Source: Xylographa opegraphella
Taxonomy: Eukaryota
Reading direction: 5' to 3'
Assembly: GCA_022813865.1 (NCBI GenBank)
Contig: JALDZX010000021.1
Coordinates: 62,001 to 126,000 of the forward strand
DNA length: 64,000 nucleotides
In this document: positions 1-11,031 of the stretch, piece after piece
Numbering within the stretch: the stretch's first letter is position 1
Layout: each line of letters begins with the position of its first letter
The notes under the pieces: model-generated
Told to the model about the DNA's origin: nothing
Database searches by the model: none
What the model saw: the letters and a program-made list of their open reading frames with translations, nothing else
Translations under genes and position numbers: made by a program

Positions 1-1
1 A

Positions 2-1744
2 TCGCTTCTACCAGTAGACCAGACTCCACCGCAAGGGAAACATCGATCGGCATTGGAGGCTCCTCTAGGCTCGGAAAATATGATTTATTATCCTGCTCCT
101 GTACCTGTGATGCTGAACCTACCTCAAAAGTTATCAAAGAGGCCTCCTGCCTCACGTCGGGACCAGCGTAATTCGCAAATCAAGGACGCCATATTTGGGC
201 AACGAGAGTCAACCATTGGGCCTCCAGAAGAGTCCGAGGAGCGAGAGAATGGTAATAACAGCCATTTAAACTTGTCTCGTCAAGAACTGGCTGCACTGCC
301 TCCACAGTTGAGAGCCGAGATGTTCTTTGAGCACAAACCAATTCAACAAAATGTTACAATCAAAGGGGACTCGGCAGTAGCTACATTGGATAGCATTCTG
401 GACGCTTCGGCTTTCGCACCGGTGAGCGCATTTGTTGACCACCCGATCGTAGGCCAGGTGGGTAAAGAAGTATATGGAAAGGTGACTGCGAGAAAAAGCA
501 TGTTGGAACCACAAGAGTCGACGATAAATAAGAGGAGAAGCATGAGCTCTTTAAACATGTTGAAAGAGTGCCTAAGTAGTGCTACCTTGCTTGACGCGAA
601 AAGTCGCAATGCTTCAATGGCGTCCGGAATCATAGTAGGAACCAGTGAGAGAGCTAAACCACATTCAGAGAACCGAGAGGTGTCTATTGCGTCAGAAGGC
701 ACACAAAGAAGCAGCAGGATGGCAGGAGAAGAAGATCTAGATGACGAAGACTCGGATGTCGATTTAGCGCCTGAAGAAATGGAGCTCCCAGGTGACCACA
801 ACGAGCCAATGGAAGAAGAAGAAGAAGATGCCATGTACACTGGAGCACCCACCACTCTTCTCGCAGAGCTACAACTTCGGAAGCAACAGCAGAAATTGCG
901 TGTCCGAAATGCTGCCACAGATTTCCCCAATGGCATGCACTCCACCCTCCTCCAACTCGACGCCGTCGCGCAAGTGCAGAGACAGTCCCGCAAGCACAAA
1001 CACATCACGCTCGCGTGGGAAGACCCCCTAATACGAAACGCGACGGCAGAAAACGAAGCCGACGAGAACGTCCCCCTCGGCGTCCTCTACCCCAGCCACA
1101 AAACACCGCTTCACGAACCAGCCGGCTGGCACGACGAGGACCAACCCCTCGGCCTCATCGCCAAACGCGCCATGGAAGACAACGAGCCCCTCAGCCGCCG
1201 CCGCGCCCGCCTGAAAGGCGCCCCTACCGGCCCCAGAGACAGCACCTACACGCTCGACATCCCAGGCCTCACCACCCCTACCGCCGCCACCGAAACCGCA
1301 GACCCCGACACCGAGACCCTCGCCCAACGCCTGCGCCGCCTAAAAAGCCAAGGCCATCTCTCTCCCACAGCCCCCTACCCACAAGGCAGCGACCTCCTCC
1401 ACGACGTCCTCTCACCCTTCGGCGGCCCCCTCCCCCCTCCTCTCCCCAAAAACCGCGTGACGCCCGATCCGGACGAAACCCTCGGCCAGCGCCGCAAGCG
1501 CCTTCAAGCCGAGAAGGAAGCCGGCGCTGCTGCTGCTGCCCCGCAGCCGCGCTACAGCATGGCGGACATCCTGCACGCGCGCCGGCCTGGTGTACCCCGC
1601 TCCGCATCTTACACGTCGGCGCCGGCGCCGTATGTCAACCCGCTGGCCTATCAGGGCGTGCTGCCGCTGGGGAAGGAGCAGTTGGCGATCGAGCCGCGGC
1701 AGCGGGAGATGATTAATCGGTGGAGGCAGAGCGTGATGTATTAA
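2..1744 (+). CDS. Conserved uncharacterised fungal protein, 3' part only (5'-truncated at window edge)
   Basis: The frame is open from base 2 (TCG CTT CTA...) to TAA at 1742-1744. Blocks such as GAPTTLLAELQLRKQQQK, FPNGMHSTLLQLDAVAQ, ENVPLGVL, NEPLSRRRARL, repeated ETL(A/G)QR and a terminal INRWRQSV look like a conserved Pezizomycotina hypothetical protein. No domain recognised. Confidence 0.8.
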   Translation, partial: SLLPVDQTPPQGKHRSALEAPLGSENMIYYPAPVPVMLNLPQKLSKRPPASRRDQRNSQIKDAIFGQRESTIGPPEESEERENGNNSHLNLSRQELAALPPQLRAEMFFEHKPIQQNVTIKGDSAVATLDSILDASAFAPVSAFVDHPIVGQVGKEVYGKVTARKSMLEPQESTINKRRSMSSLNMLKECLSSATLLDAKSRNASMASGIIVGTSERAKPHSENREVSIASEGTQRSSRMAGEEDLDDEDSDVDLAPEEMELPGDHNEPMEEEEEDAMYTGAPTTLLAELQLRKQQQKLRVRNAATDFPNGMHSTLLQLDAVAQVQRQSRKHKHITLAWEDPLIRNATAENEADENVPLGVLYPSHKTPLHEPAGWHDEDQPLGLIAKRAMEDNEPLSRRRARLKGAPTGPRDSTYTLDIPGLTTPTAATETADPDTETLAQRLRRLKSQGHLSPTAPYPQGSDLLHDVLSPFGGPLPPPLPKNRVTPDPDETLGQRRKRLQAEKEAGAAAAAPQPRYSMADILHARRPGVPRSASYTSAPAPYVNPLAYQGVLPLGKEQLAIEPRQREMINRWRQSVMY

Positions 1745-2325
1745 GTATGGTGTGTATAGTATTGTGCTTATGCTTTATGGTCGGCGACATAGGGGAAGAG
1801 AGGGGTTGGGAGGAGGGGACTGTGTGGGGCGGTAATGGGGTCTGGTATGCGCCGTTTGCGGCAGCGTGCTGGCGAGGTAGTGCTTTTTGAGATACCCTGT
1901 GTAGTAACTATGATTTGCTTTACAGTGCTGGATGGTCGCGTACTTGTAGAGATAGTGGAGCAAACTCGTGCCCAGCGCACTGAGGACATAATGCACAGTC
2001 GATATGTCGGAGTAACCTATCCGAGCAGTACGGGAATATGGTAAATTGTATACGTGATAGTTGTGTGCTAGAGGATTTGCCCAAGTCTTTTTTGTCTCAT
2101 CGGTAATCTGATGCCTCGCAACAACCCCGAAGCAGTTACTGTACCGCACGGTAGCGTGCCACCCCGGCTTCGGCCGCCTGCCTCAGCTACAACTTCCTCC
2201 GCTCCGGAGCAGAACACTCAGGCGAGCCACTCCAGCCTCCAAAAGGCCCCCCTAAGCGCGGAAAAGAAGCCTGGAAATATACCTTAGGCCAATGGCTAAA
2301 CAAAAACACCGTAGATGCCCCGTCG

Positions 2326-5026
2326 CTACAACTTCGCGCCGCCATCACCGCCGGACCGCGATTCGTCCTCGCCCGGCGCGCCCGGCATGCCGCCCGGGAC
2401 CACCGCGCCGCCGAGGCCAGGCGGCAGGCCCAGCTCCGGAACTTTGATGGGCATACTGGCCAGGGCACCGACCTTCTGCAGCTTCTCGCCCTTCAGGACG
2501 CGCTGGATCTCGTCGAGATTGAGGACCTCGTACTCGACCAGGGCGTTGGCGAGGATATCCAGTTCCTTCCGCTTCTCCATGAGGAGTTTGGTGGCGCGCT
2601 TGCGGCCGTCGTCGACAAGGCGCTGGACTTCGTGCTCGATCTTCTGTTTGGTCTCGGAAGAGAGCTGGCTGTAATGCGTGTCGAGGTCGACGTCGCCGAG
2701 GAGATCGGAGAAACCGAGCTGGGTGACCATTTCGTAAGCGAGGCGTGTGGCGGCTTCGATGTCCTATGATCGTGGTTAGCTGAATGAAAGATTCACTTGG
2801 AAAGTGCAAGACTTACCCCGGAAGCGCCACTGGAGACATTATCTTGTCCGTAAATAAGCTCCTCGGCAACTTTGCCACCCATCGCTATCGCGACCTCCGC
2901 AATATATTGCTTTTTCGATTTGGAGACCTGGTCCATTTCGGGCAAGAAGTGTGTCATGCCCAAGGCGGTTCCTCGAGGCATAATGGTTGCTTTGTAGACC
3001 GGATTAGCTCCTTCGGTGAACATGGCTACAAGTGCATGACCGCCTTCGTGGTAGGCTGTCATAACCTTGTCTTTTTGCTGTATGATGGCACTTCGTCTTT
3101 CAGCGCCCATCATGATCTTGTCCTTAGCCCAGTCAAAGTCCAGCATGCCGACTTTCTTTTGTTTGTTTCTGCTAGCTCTCACTGCCGCTTGGTTGACTAA
3201 ATTCTCAAGGTCGGCACCAGAAAAGCCCGGAGTCCCACGGGCAATAGCTGTCTCATCGACGTCCGTGCCGATCTGAACATTCTTCATGTGATGTTTCAGA
3301 ATGTCCATACGTCCTCTCACATCCGGGAGTGGTACAACCACGTGACGATCAAATCTTCCGGGTCGAGTCAACGCCTTGTCGAGCAGTTGAGGGAAGTTGG
3401 TGGCGGCCAAGATGATAACGCCGGTCTGCTGCGAGAAGCCATCGAGTTCAGTGAGGAGTTGGTTAAGCGTTTGTTTGACGTATGCGGCGTCCCTCTCGTT
3501 ACGTTTACCACCAACAGCATCCAACTCATCAATGAAGATGATGGCTGGAGCCTTTGCACGAGCCGAGTTGAAAAGCTCCCGTATACGTTTAGCACCAACT
3601 CCGACGTAGACCTCATCGAATTCGGAGCCAGACATGAAGAAAAAGGGCACCCCAGCTTCTCCCGCTACAGCACGAGCGAGCAGGGTCTTCCCCGTTCCAG
3701 GCGGTCCAACTAACAATACGCCCTTCGGCAGCTTGCCACCAAGGGTTGAGAACTTCTCAGGATCCTTCAAGAACTCAACAAGCTCTTGCAGTTCTTCCTT
3801 TGCTTCATCGCATCCATGGACGTCTGAGAAACGTACTGTTTGATGTTGCGGCTGGGCTTCATTGTTCGCTACAGCACCAACTTTCTTAAGTATACCAGTG
3901 GTCTCTATGACTAGTGTGATAAGGACCATCGACAGATAGGTTACCAGACCAAACCAGAAGAAAAACTTGGCCCATTTAAATAGCGCACTACCGATGGATT
4001 CTTCCACGATAACATAGACGGGACTTTCCTTGGCGCCTGTTCCAGCAGTATTACTCTTGCCCTGAGATATTGAGATGTTGCCACCTCTCGATTGTGCTGC
4101 AACAGCTTGTCCGATCGCTTGAAGCTGTTCACTGTTCAAGGATGAGTTTTGACCTTGAAACTGGTTGTTACCACCGAAGCCAGGAACGCCCTCACTTTGT
4201 CCCACCTTTTCCAACGACCGGAGGTAAGTCTGTTCACACGCAGGATTGCTGGCGTATCTTCCTGTCTGGTATCTTTCCACAACTATAGCTGGCATATTGG
4301 CTCGCAGAAGCGCGGAGTAAAAGGCATTCTGAGCAGTAGCGCTGGTTGGATTGTTGTTGGCCGTTTGTTCCATATGCGCTAACAGGTTCTGCGATCCGCT
4401 GCTACCGACCAAAGATCGTTGTTGCGTAGCGTTCATGATAGTGAGGCGCGGAACATTGTACCTCTGGGATGGGCGAAATGAGGACAGGATCGAGTATTGC
4501 CGAGTTGTGGCCAGTGTCGGAGATGATTTACGAGTCATGAAAGCGGCCGCCCAGAGATCCTTTGAGGTGACTAATTCAACATTAGCTATCGAATTGTACT
4601 GGAGCATCTGCTCGACCTACCACTCGAGAAAGGTCTTAGAACTCCTTGGTTGAGACTCGTTGCCGTAGCGAAGGACGGTCTCAAGGACGTCATCGCAGTC
4701 TCGCGAAGACAGTCTGGTATTTGCACGGATTGCATTGCCTAATCTTATATAAGTATGAATTTTCCAAAGTGAGGAGCAATTCTCACAGGGATCGTGGATT
4801 CCGGTTTGACTGTCTGGGCTGGAGATGGGTGGCTTTGCAGGCTAGGCTGCACAGCACGATGTTGATTGCGGAAAACTTTCCAGGTGGTTTTGAGACTCGA
4901 TTTCATTGAAGGCCATGAGTCCAAGGTGACTGAGCCTATATTCTGCTGGTAAACGTCAGCGAACGCCGCAAGGGAGAAGTGGTGGCGGAAGCGCACCGCC
5001 ATCAGCGCCGGAGAGTGGAAAGCCAT
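2326..5026 (-). CDS. YME1: Mitochondrial i-AAA ATP-dependent zinc metalloprotease (FtsH family), ~832 aa
   Basis: Walker A GPPGTGKT, Walker [21 protein letters not shown], zinc motif HEGGH, and one TM helix before the AAA domain. Exons 5026-4997, 4945-4787, 4738-4621, 4570-2817, 2763-2326 with GT..AG introns; total 2499 nt. Confidence 0.96.
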
Positions 5027-5668
5027 GTTGACAAGGAGAGTGAAAAATAAAGAAGGACAAATACGAAAAAATTAGGCTGGAGATATCATAGTCTCAAGAA
5101 ATCGGAGCGAAACAAGGTGTCGGTACCGATAGCCAAAGGAGTGAACCCTCCACCGTCGATGTGTGTATTGTCGAAATGTCGCCCGGCTTCAAACGTGACG
5201 ATGATGAGCGGAAACGCTATGCCGTTATCAGTCTAGCGCCCTGGAAGCCAGCAGAAGGTCCGGCCGAGAGATGACAAAACATGGGCGGTAGCCGCAAGCG
5301 CTACAAGCGCTGCTCCATGTCGGGCAAGGTAATCTACCGACTGACTGAAATCCCGAGGGTAAATGCTTCATACATAGAGATTTAATAATATCTTTCAGAG
5401 TATGGCCAAGTATGAAGATGAGCGGACCGATTATCACCACTGCTGGTGAACGGCGATTGTTTTAATCAATCGAACTTTTTTGTTCTCAAACCGATACCGC
5501 GGCGGAAGCCTACGAAAAGAATCTAATATAACAGCTATCATAACAGGCCGCTCAAATGATCGTGTGACCGTTATGCAATCAGTGACTCCTACCTCCCCCT
5601 TAGAGACAATCCACCACACCTCCAGTCCACATCGCCAACACTCCTCGACCAATCTCGTAGCCACGACC

Positions 5669-7117
5669 TCAATAGCTCGCCCGATCACTCGCCTCCTCCA
5701 CGTGCGTCGTGATTTCCGTCTGCGCCATAATCTGGCCCTGAGGGTAGACAATCCTCTCCTGACTCCCGCTCTCGACACCCTTATGCTCAATCCTCGTGTG
5801 TACACCTCTCTCCTTCTGCTCCCCACTCTCCAACTCCTCCGTTGCATATGTGCTGTCATTCCCCTTCCTCGAGTTCATTGGATACGACCCTGTATGCTCC
5901 AGCTTGTTGAATGGAAACGAGCGCGAGCCGCCGGACTTGTCGGTACGGCGGCGTAGGTAGCTGTTCCCAGCATAGGAGGACTCGCCAACAAAGCGGGGGA
6001 AGTAGCGCTTCGCGATAGCTTTGAAGGTCGGGATGCTGGCCGCAAGGATGCCGATGTTGGTTTCGATCACGCTCCAGTACATTGCCGCGGTGATGGCCCA
6101 GGTGGCATCGGGGTCGACGAGCATTTGCGGGATGAAGGTAATGCGCACAATGGAGGAGATACACGCGCTGAAGGGAAAGGTCAGTAAGCCAAGGGTAGGC
6201 GCTTTGCGGTGGGAAGGGGAGCGTACAATAAGCCAAGGAAGAACATGACGAAGAGTATGCATTTTTGCTTGAATGGAACTTGGAGTTTGAGAACGAGCTG
6301 GATGGGGAGCGTATAGGCGAGGAGGTCAGTCGTAATATTGAGAGCAGCATTGGCGAGGTAAAAGGCGTCGATGTCGACGCAGACTTTGTTCGTGATAGCG
6401 AGATTCCAGGCTGCTTCGATGGGGTTGCATTGAAATATACATGTCAGCACATTTGCTCCGCTCTGGCATCCGACGAGAGCAATCATGACCAGAGCCAGCC
6501 GTCTGAGCTTTGGGTCGCCAAGGCGGGCGTATAATGCGAGAACGGAGGTTTTGATAAATCCAAGACAAGCGTTGTAAAAGATAGACGAGAACCATATTAT
6601 CTGTGTGAAGTATTTTTGTCAGTGCTAGTCTGCTGGATATTGTCACATTTGTTGAGGAATCTCACGTACCTGCGCGTACTCAATCAAGTTCTCTTCTCCT
6701 CGTTGTAAGACCACTTGCATATGACTACCAAGTCCATGATTGACAGCTTTGCAATTGTGAGCGGGCAGTTTCAATTGGGCCATTTTTGGGACATACCTAT
6801 AATTGTGACTACAATGAAGGCCCAAGATAAAAGCTAATGATGAGGTTAGAAACCCAGCATAAGTCGTGGATCTTCGATGCACGTACTGCAGCGACTATCA
6901 TCAGATCTAGATGTATAGTAAGCATAATTACAATACATTATGAAAGGAGTGAACACCTACAGTCATCCGGACCCGCGGCGCGAGTTACATAAAAGCGTGC
7001 AAAACACCGGAAAGTCATGGTCACAACGGTAAGGACACCGAACGCGATGCAGATAGTAATTACCATTGGTCCCCTCGTCTCATTTGGGTTCGCCAGAACA
7101 GGCAATGAGGTAGACAT
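5669..7117 (-). CDS. PTH11-like (CFEM-less, fungal rhodopsin-like/SAT4 family) 7-TM integral membrane protein, ~387 aa
   Basis: Family hallmarks: FRCFARF..RAAGPDD, HGLGSH, K.SVLALYARL, IFQCNPI.AAW, NITTD...LP, WSVIETNIGILAASIP. Exons 7117-6961, 6906-6887, 6833-6797, 6746-6670, 6600-6227, 6167-5669; total 1164 nt. Confidence 0.9.
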
Positions 7118-8381
7118 CGTGACTTCGTTTACACGACGGTACGGGGAACAAATAATCTGCTTAGGGGTCACAAAGAATCAATGAAGAACGTCTGGCATAC
7201 ACAAGCAATTGACAACCACAACTCTGGAGAACGACGGTCTGCGTCCGCTCATCCAAACGGTTGAGAGTTGGAGTTATCTTAACTTTAGATATGAATGTTC
7301 AACTCCTGTACGGTGCCTGAACAGGGTGCTCGGACAGGGTCCTTTTCGAAAACCCCCATCCCATTGCCTGATGAAGGTTAGATAGCACCGTTGATAGGAG
7401 CATCGATCCATGTAATGCTAGCTGAGAAAGACTGTGACAGCGGGCCATCACCTTCGTCGCCTGCAGGTACCGAGTTCACCAAGGAAACTAGTTCAGGACT
7501 CGGTGCCAGTGGCGTCGGGTCGGAAGTAGCGCTTGAGGTTCCCAAAAAGGTGCAAAAAGCGATGATCATGCGATTCCATACACGGCAAAAGGCAAACGGT
7601 TCAAATCCACGCATGCAAATTACAAGGACGAATGATAGGGGACCTCTATGGGTACCTCCGTACCGATCACTCGTTAGGATCACAAGCGGATTTAGAGCAA
7701 GTAGAGCTTGCTAGCGAGCGAAGCTGGCGTACAAAGACCTGCACGCTGTTAGTCCTGTCACACCGAAGCATGAAGGGAAGTTCTTCACCATCCAGTCGTG
7801 GGTCCAATGATAAGTCATGGCCATTCGTCGAGGTCGACCACCAATATCAATCCGTCAGCACTAGGAGCTGTAGCACGCCCGGTGCCGGAGTCTAGCTCAG
7901 GAGCCGCGAGACGAATTAGGTCCGGATTGGCCCGAGCCATGGCGCTAGGAAGCTGAGACGCGAGCCGGAGACCGGGAGTGCATTGATCAACCTCGTCTGC
8001 CAAGGACGAGCGATGAATGGCCAACAAAGTCCGTCTCAGCCAAGGCGGGAGGCTAATCAACACGGTTGCTGAAGCGGAAACGGTACTCTACAGAAGCTGT
8101 GGAGGTCGGTTAGAAGTCAGGCAGTTCGAGAACTGACAGGATATGGACTACAGCCGGAATGCTGCCGTGCCCGAACTGTTGAGACGCCATCTGTTGGGCG
8201 ACTCCCTTGGCGGTGGCTATTGTATACATGATCAGAGTGAACTACATGCATTCACAGGATCGACACATGTACCAGAACGCTTGGGTGCTTAGGCATGCTT
8301 ACGAAAATGATACGGGGTACATTGTATACGATGCTTGGTTTCTAGATCTTATATACGTTCCCGTTGGAGATCCACGTCCTC

Positions 8382-10072
8382 TCAGGCCTTCATGACAGTG
8401 GGACGTCTCTCGATCCTCAACCAGATATTCTGCCAGAACGCAACACCGCCTTTCACGACAAACTTGGTATCGTGTTCTCCCTGCACGGCCTCGAATCGAA
8501 AGGTGCGGAGAAACTAAGAAAATCGTTAGGACGGTCTGTAGATATTGTCGTAAACAGCGCAAGGAGTGGTCGTATACCTGCAACGGCCCCTTGTGCAACT
8601 CCATCAGCGCGAGGTCCTTCCCCAAGCATATACGTGCCCCGTAGCCGAAGGCCATGTTGTACTTGTTGTACTCTGCTGTCTTGTCTTCGCTCTCCATCCA
8701 CCTTTCCGGTCGAAAGTCTGCGACGTCTTCCCCGTAAATCTTTACGTTCCGATGAACGATCCATGGGTTCACAGTTACTTCGGTTCCCTCTGGCGCCAGT
8801 TTCCCGTCCAGCATCATCCCACCCTTCGATACTAACCTAGGGAAGATGTTCGGGGCAGGCGGATAGAGACGCATGCTCTCTTTAATGCATGCAACATAGT
8901 ATGGACAGTACTGTTGGACCTCATGATACTGTGGCATGGCTGATAAATGTCCTGCTCGAGTAGCAGCATCAATCTCGGCCATGACTTTGGCGTAAACCGA
9001 AGGGTCTCTAATTATAGAATATAAAAACCCTTGGAATGCTGTTCCAGTAGTATCCGCACCGGCAAGAAGAACAAGGAGAACTTCGGCTTTGACGTAGTCC
9101 ATTGGCAGAGGCTTACCCTCCTCGGTACGAGCTTCCAAGAAACTGCTTAAGTTTCAGTGCTTGTGTTGCATTTTCTGGATGGACTCTTTCATCTCACGTT
9201 TGCAGCAAGTCAATCCTTCCTCCTGTTGTTCCAGCTTCCACGTCTTTGATCCGCTTGTCAAGCAGCCGATCTCTGAAGCGCATCAACGTACCTATACCGG
9301 ACTCGTCTTCAGGCTTGGCCACGAGATACTTCTCACCAACCCACGTGCGTTTCACCCACCCCGTAAACGGGTACATTCTTGACAGGAAACCAAAGGCTGG
9401 TAGACCGTCGTGAAAGCCTTGAATCAGGCCTCCTACATCGGTAGCGGATTCGACGAAACCGAAAGGTGCGCCGAATCCGACCTCGGATATGATATCGTAA
9501 GCCATGAAAACAGCCCACGGGCAGAAGTCAAACTTGTGGCCAGTCTTGGCAAACAACTCGTCAATCTTATCGACCCAGTCGGAGATTCTTGCATCTACCA
9601 AGGGCTCCATTTTCTTGATGTTTGTAAAGCTATAAGGCCCCGCGATCATCTTCCGGTGGTAGGCATGTTGTCGCCAGTCCTGCATATTGAAGACGCTCTC
9701 GGTCTTTCCAAAGCTGCCCGTGATATAGTGCTGTGATTTGTTCGCCTGCCTATGGTAGATGTCGGGCATTTTCGTCGCATCATTGACGAGCAACAGTGTA
9801 GGCGTGATCCGCACAACATCGCCATATTTCTTGTGCAGCTTTTCGAACACTGAGCATTCGTCCTCTTTGATACTGTGATACGCTATCCACGCCCGTGTGA
9901 CAGTTGCCAAGAAGGGGCCATCGAACTTGGACAGCGGGTGGAAAAGTCGATAATAGATGACCTGGTACAGAGCACGAAGCACCAAATATGACGACAGCAA
10001 CAAGCACAAATTTGTAAACGTGATCTGGGCAATGATCGCCGTGGGAATTGTTCTGGCAGTGTCTGATGCCAT
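8382..10072 (-). CDS. Cytochrome P450 monooxygenase (pisatin-demethylase-like group), ~523 aa
   Basis: N-terminal TM anchor plus HPLSKFDGP hinge, I-helix AGADTT, ExxR (KESMR), PERW, heme motif [10 protein letters not shown]. Exons 10072-9198, 9142-8578, 8513-8382; total 1572 nt. Confidence 0.95.
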
Positions 10073-10364
10073 TCCCGCAGATCGTGAAAAGGAGCAATTA
10101 TGGCGTGTGCAACGGAGGACTTCCAGCACCCGAGTATGATAAGAAGGAGCAAGAACCAGGATCGATCACGATCACTGGCCTCTATAGGTCAAGAGCATGA
10201 GGAGGAGCGAAACCACCCCACGCTATGGTAGGTGTGGGAAAAAGCCGTATCCCTTACCGGGGGCTCGGGCCAGGGTGAGCTGCAAGGTGATGAAGCTTGC
10301 AGAACTGGGGTTTATTCCGAACACGGCCCAGAGGGCTTGCGGGATTGAGCCGGAACTTGCTATT

Positions 10365-10447
10365 TAGCGGAAAGTCTAGCGGGCGCTGTAGCGGGCGATA
10401 GCGGGCAATAGCGGGCAATAGCGGGCGAAGTGGAAACTTTAGCGGGA
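10365..10447. repeat. Tandem array of TAGCGGGC in the divergent P450/MFS intergenic region
   Basis: Perfect TAGCGGGC at 10377, 10389, 10399, 10409 and 10419. Partial copies: TAGCGG at 10365 and TAGCGGG at 10440. Confidence 0.9.
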
Positions 10448-11031
10448 GGTCCAGTAAAGCGGTCCGCCATCCCCGCCGGACTGTATCAGGCTAGCTGGCT
10501 TCGCTTCCGCCCTCGGCCAGTGAGAAACGGCAGCATGAAGGATGGCAACAAACTACCAGAGCCCCCGTCTTCAACTCATGTGCTGATACGGAGTATACCT
10601 AGGCGTGGATACTGTGGTACTCTCCGAACCCCATGCTGCGTGGTATCACATGTCGGATCAGACGACGATGGAACGAGGCCGTCCCAAACTGGCCCTGACC
10701 CAACGCCTCGTTCTGGGCCAGGATCAAGAGCTAATGTACGGATTACCAGAGTACTGAATCGGACCACTGCCATCCGTTCATTTCGTTTGTCGTCCTCGCT
10801 GCTCATGCAGCCAGCTTGGTGGTAGCGTGCAGAGCTTCACTTGTAGCTCATTTGCCGTCCCATGCAGGTGGAGACGAGCCCGGCAAAGGGACTATCCCCA
10901 AGGCTCCCCGGATTTTTTTCTTCCTTTCTCGTGTTTTCTCCCGCATTGTCTCATCGTTGCGTCTTTTGGACACGGTGCTGGTGTTATCCTGTGCGACAGT
11001 AATTGCGTCTACTCCTTCAGCAGCAGCAAGG

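Noticed and set aside
7598..7610. GGTTCAAATCC resembling a tRNA T-loop/B-box
   Set aside because: No 5-bp T-stem, acceptor stem or upstream A-box could be formed.
10377..10426. TAGCGGGC array as a CRISPR or transposon end
   Set aside because: Eukaryotic context, 8-bp units with 2-4 bp spacers, and no cas or transposase gene.
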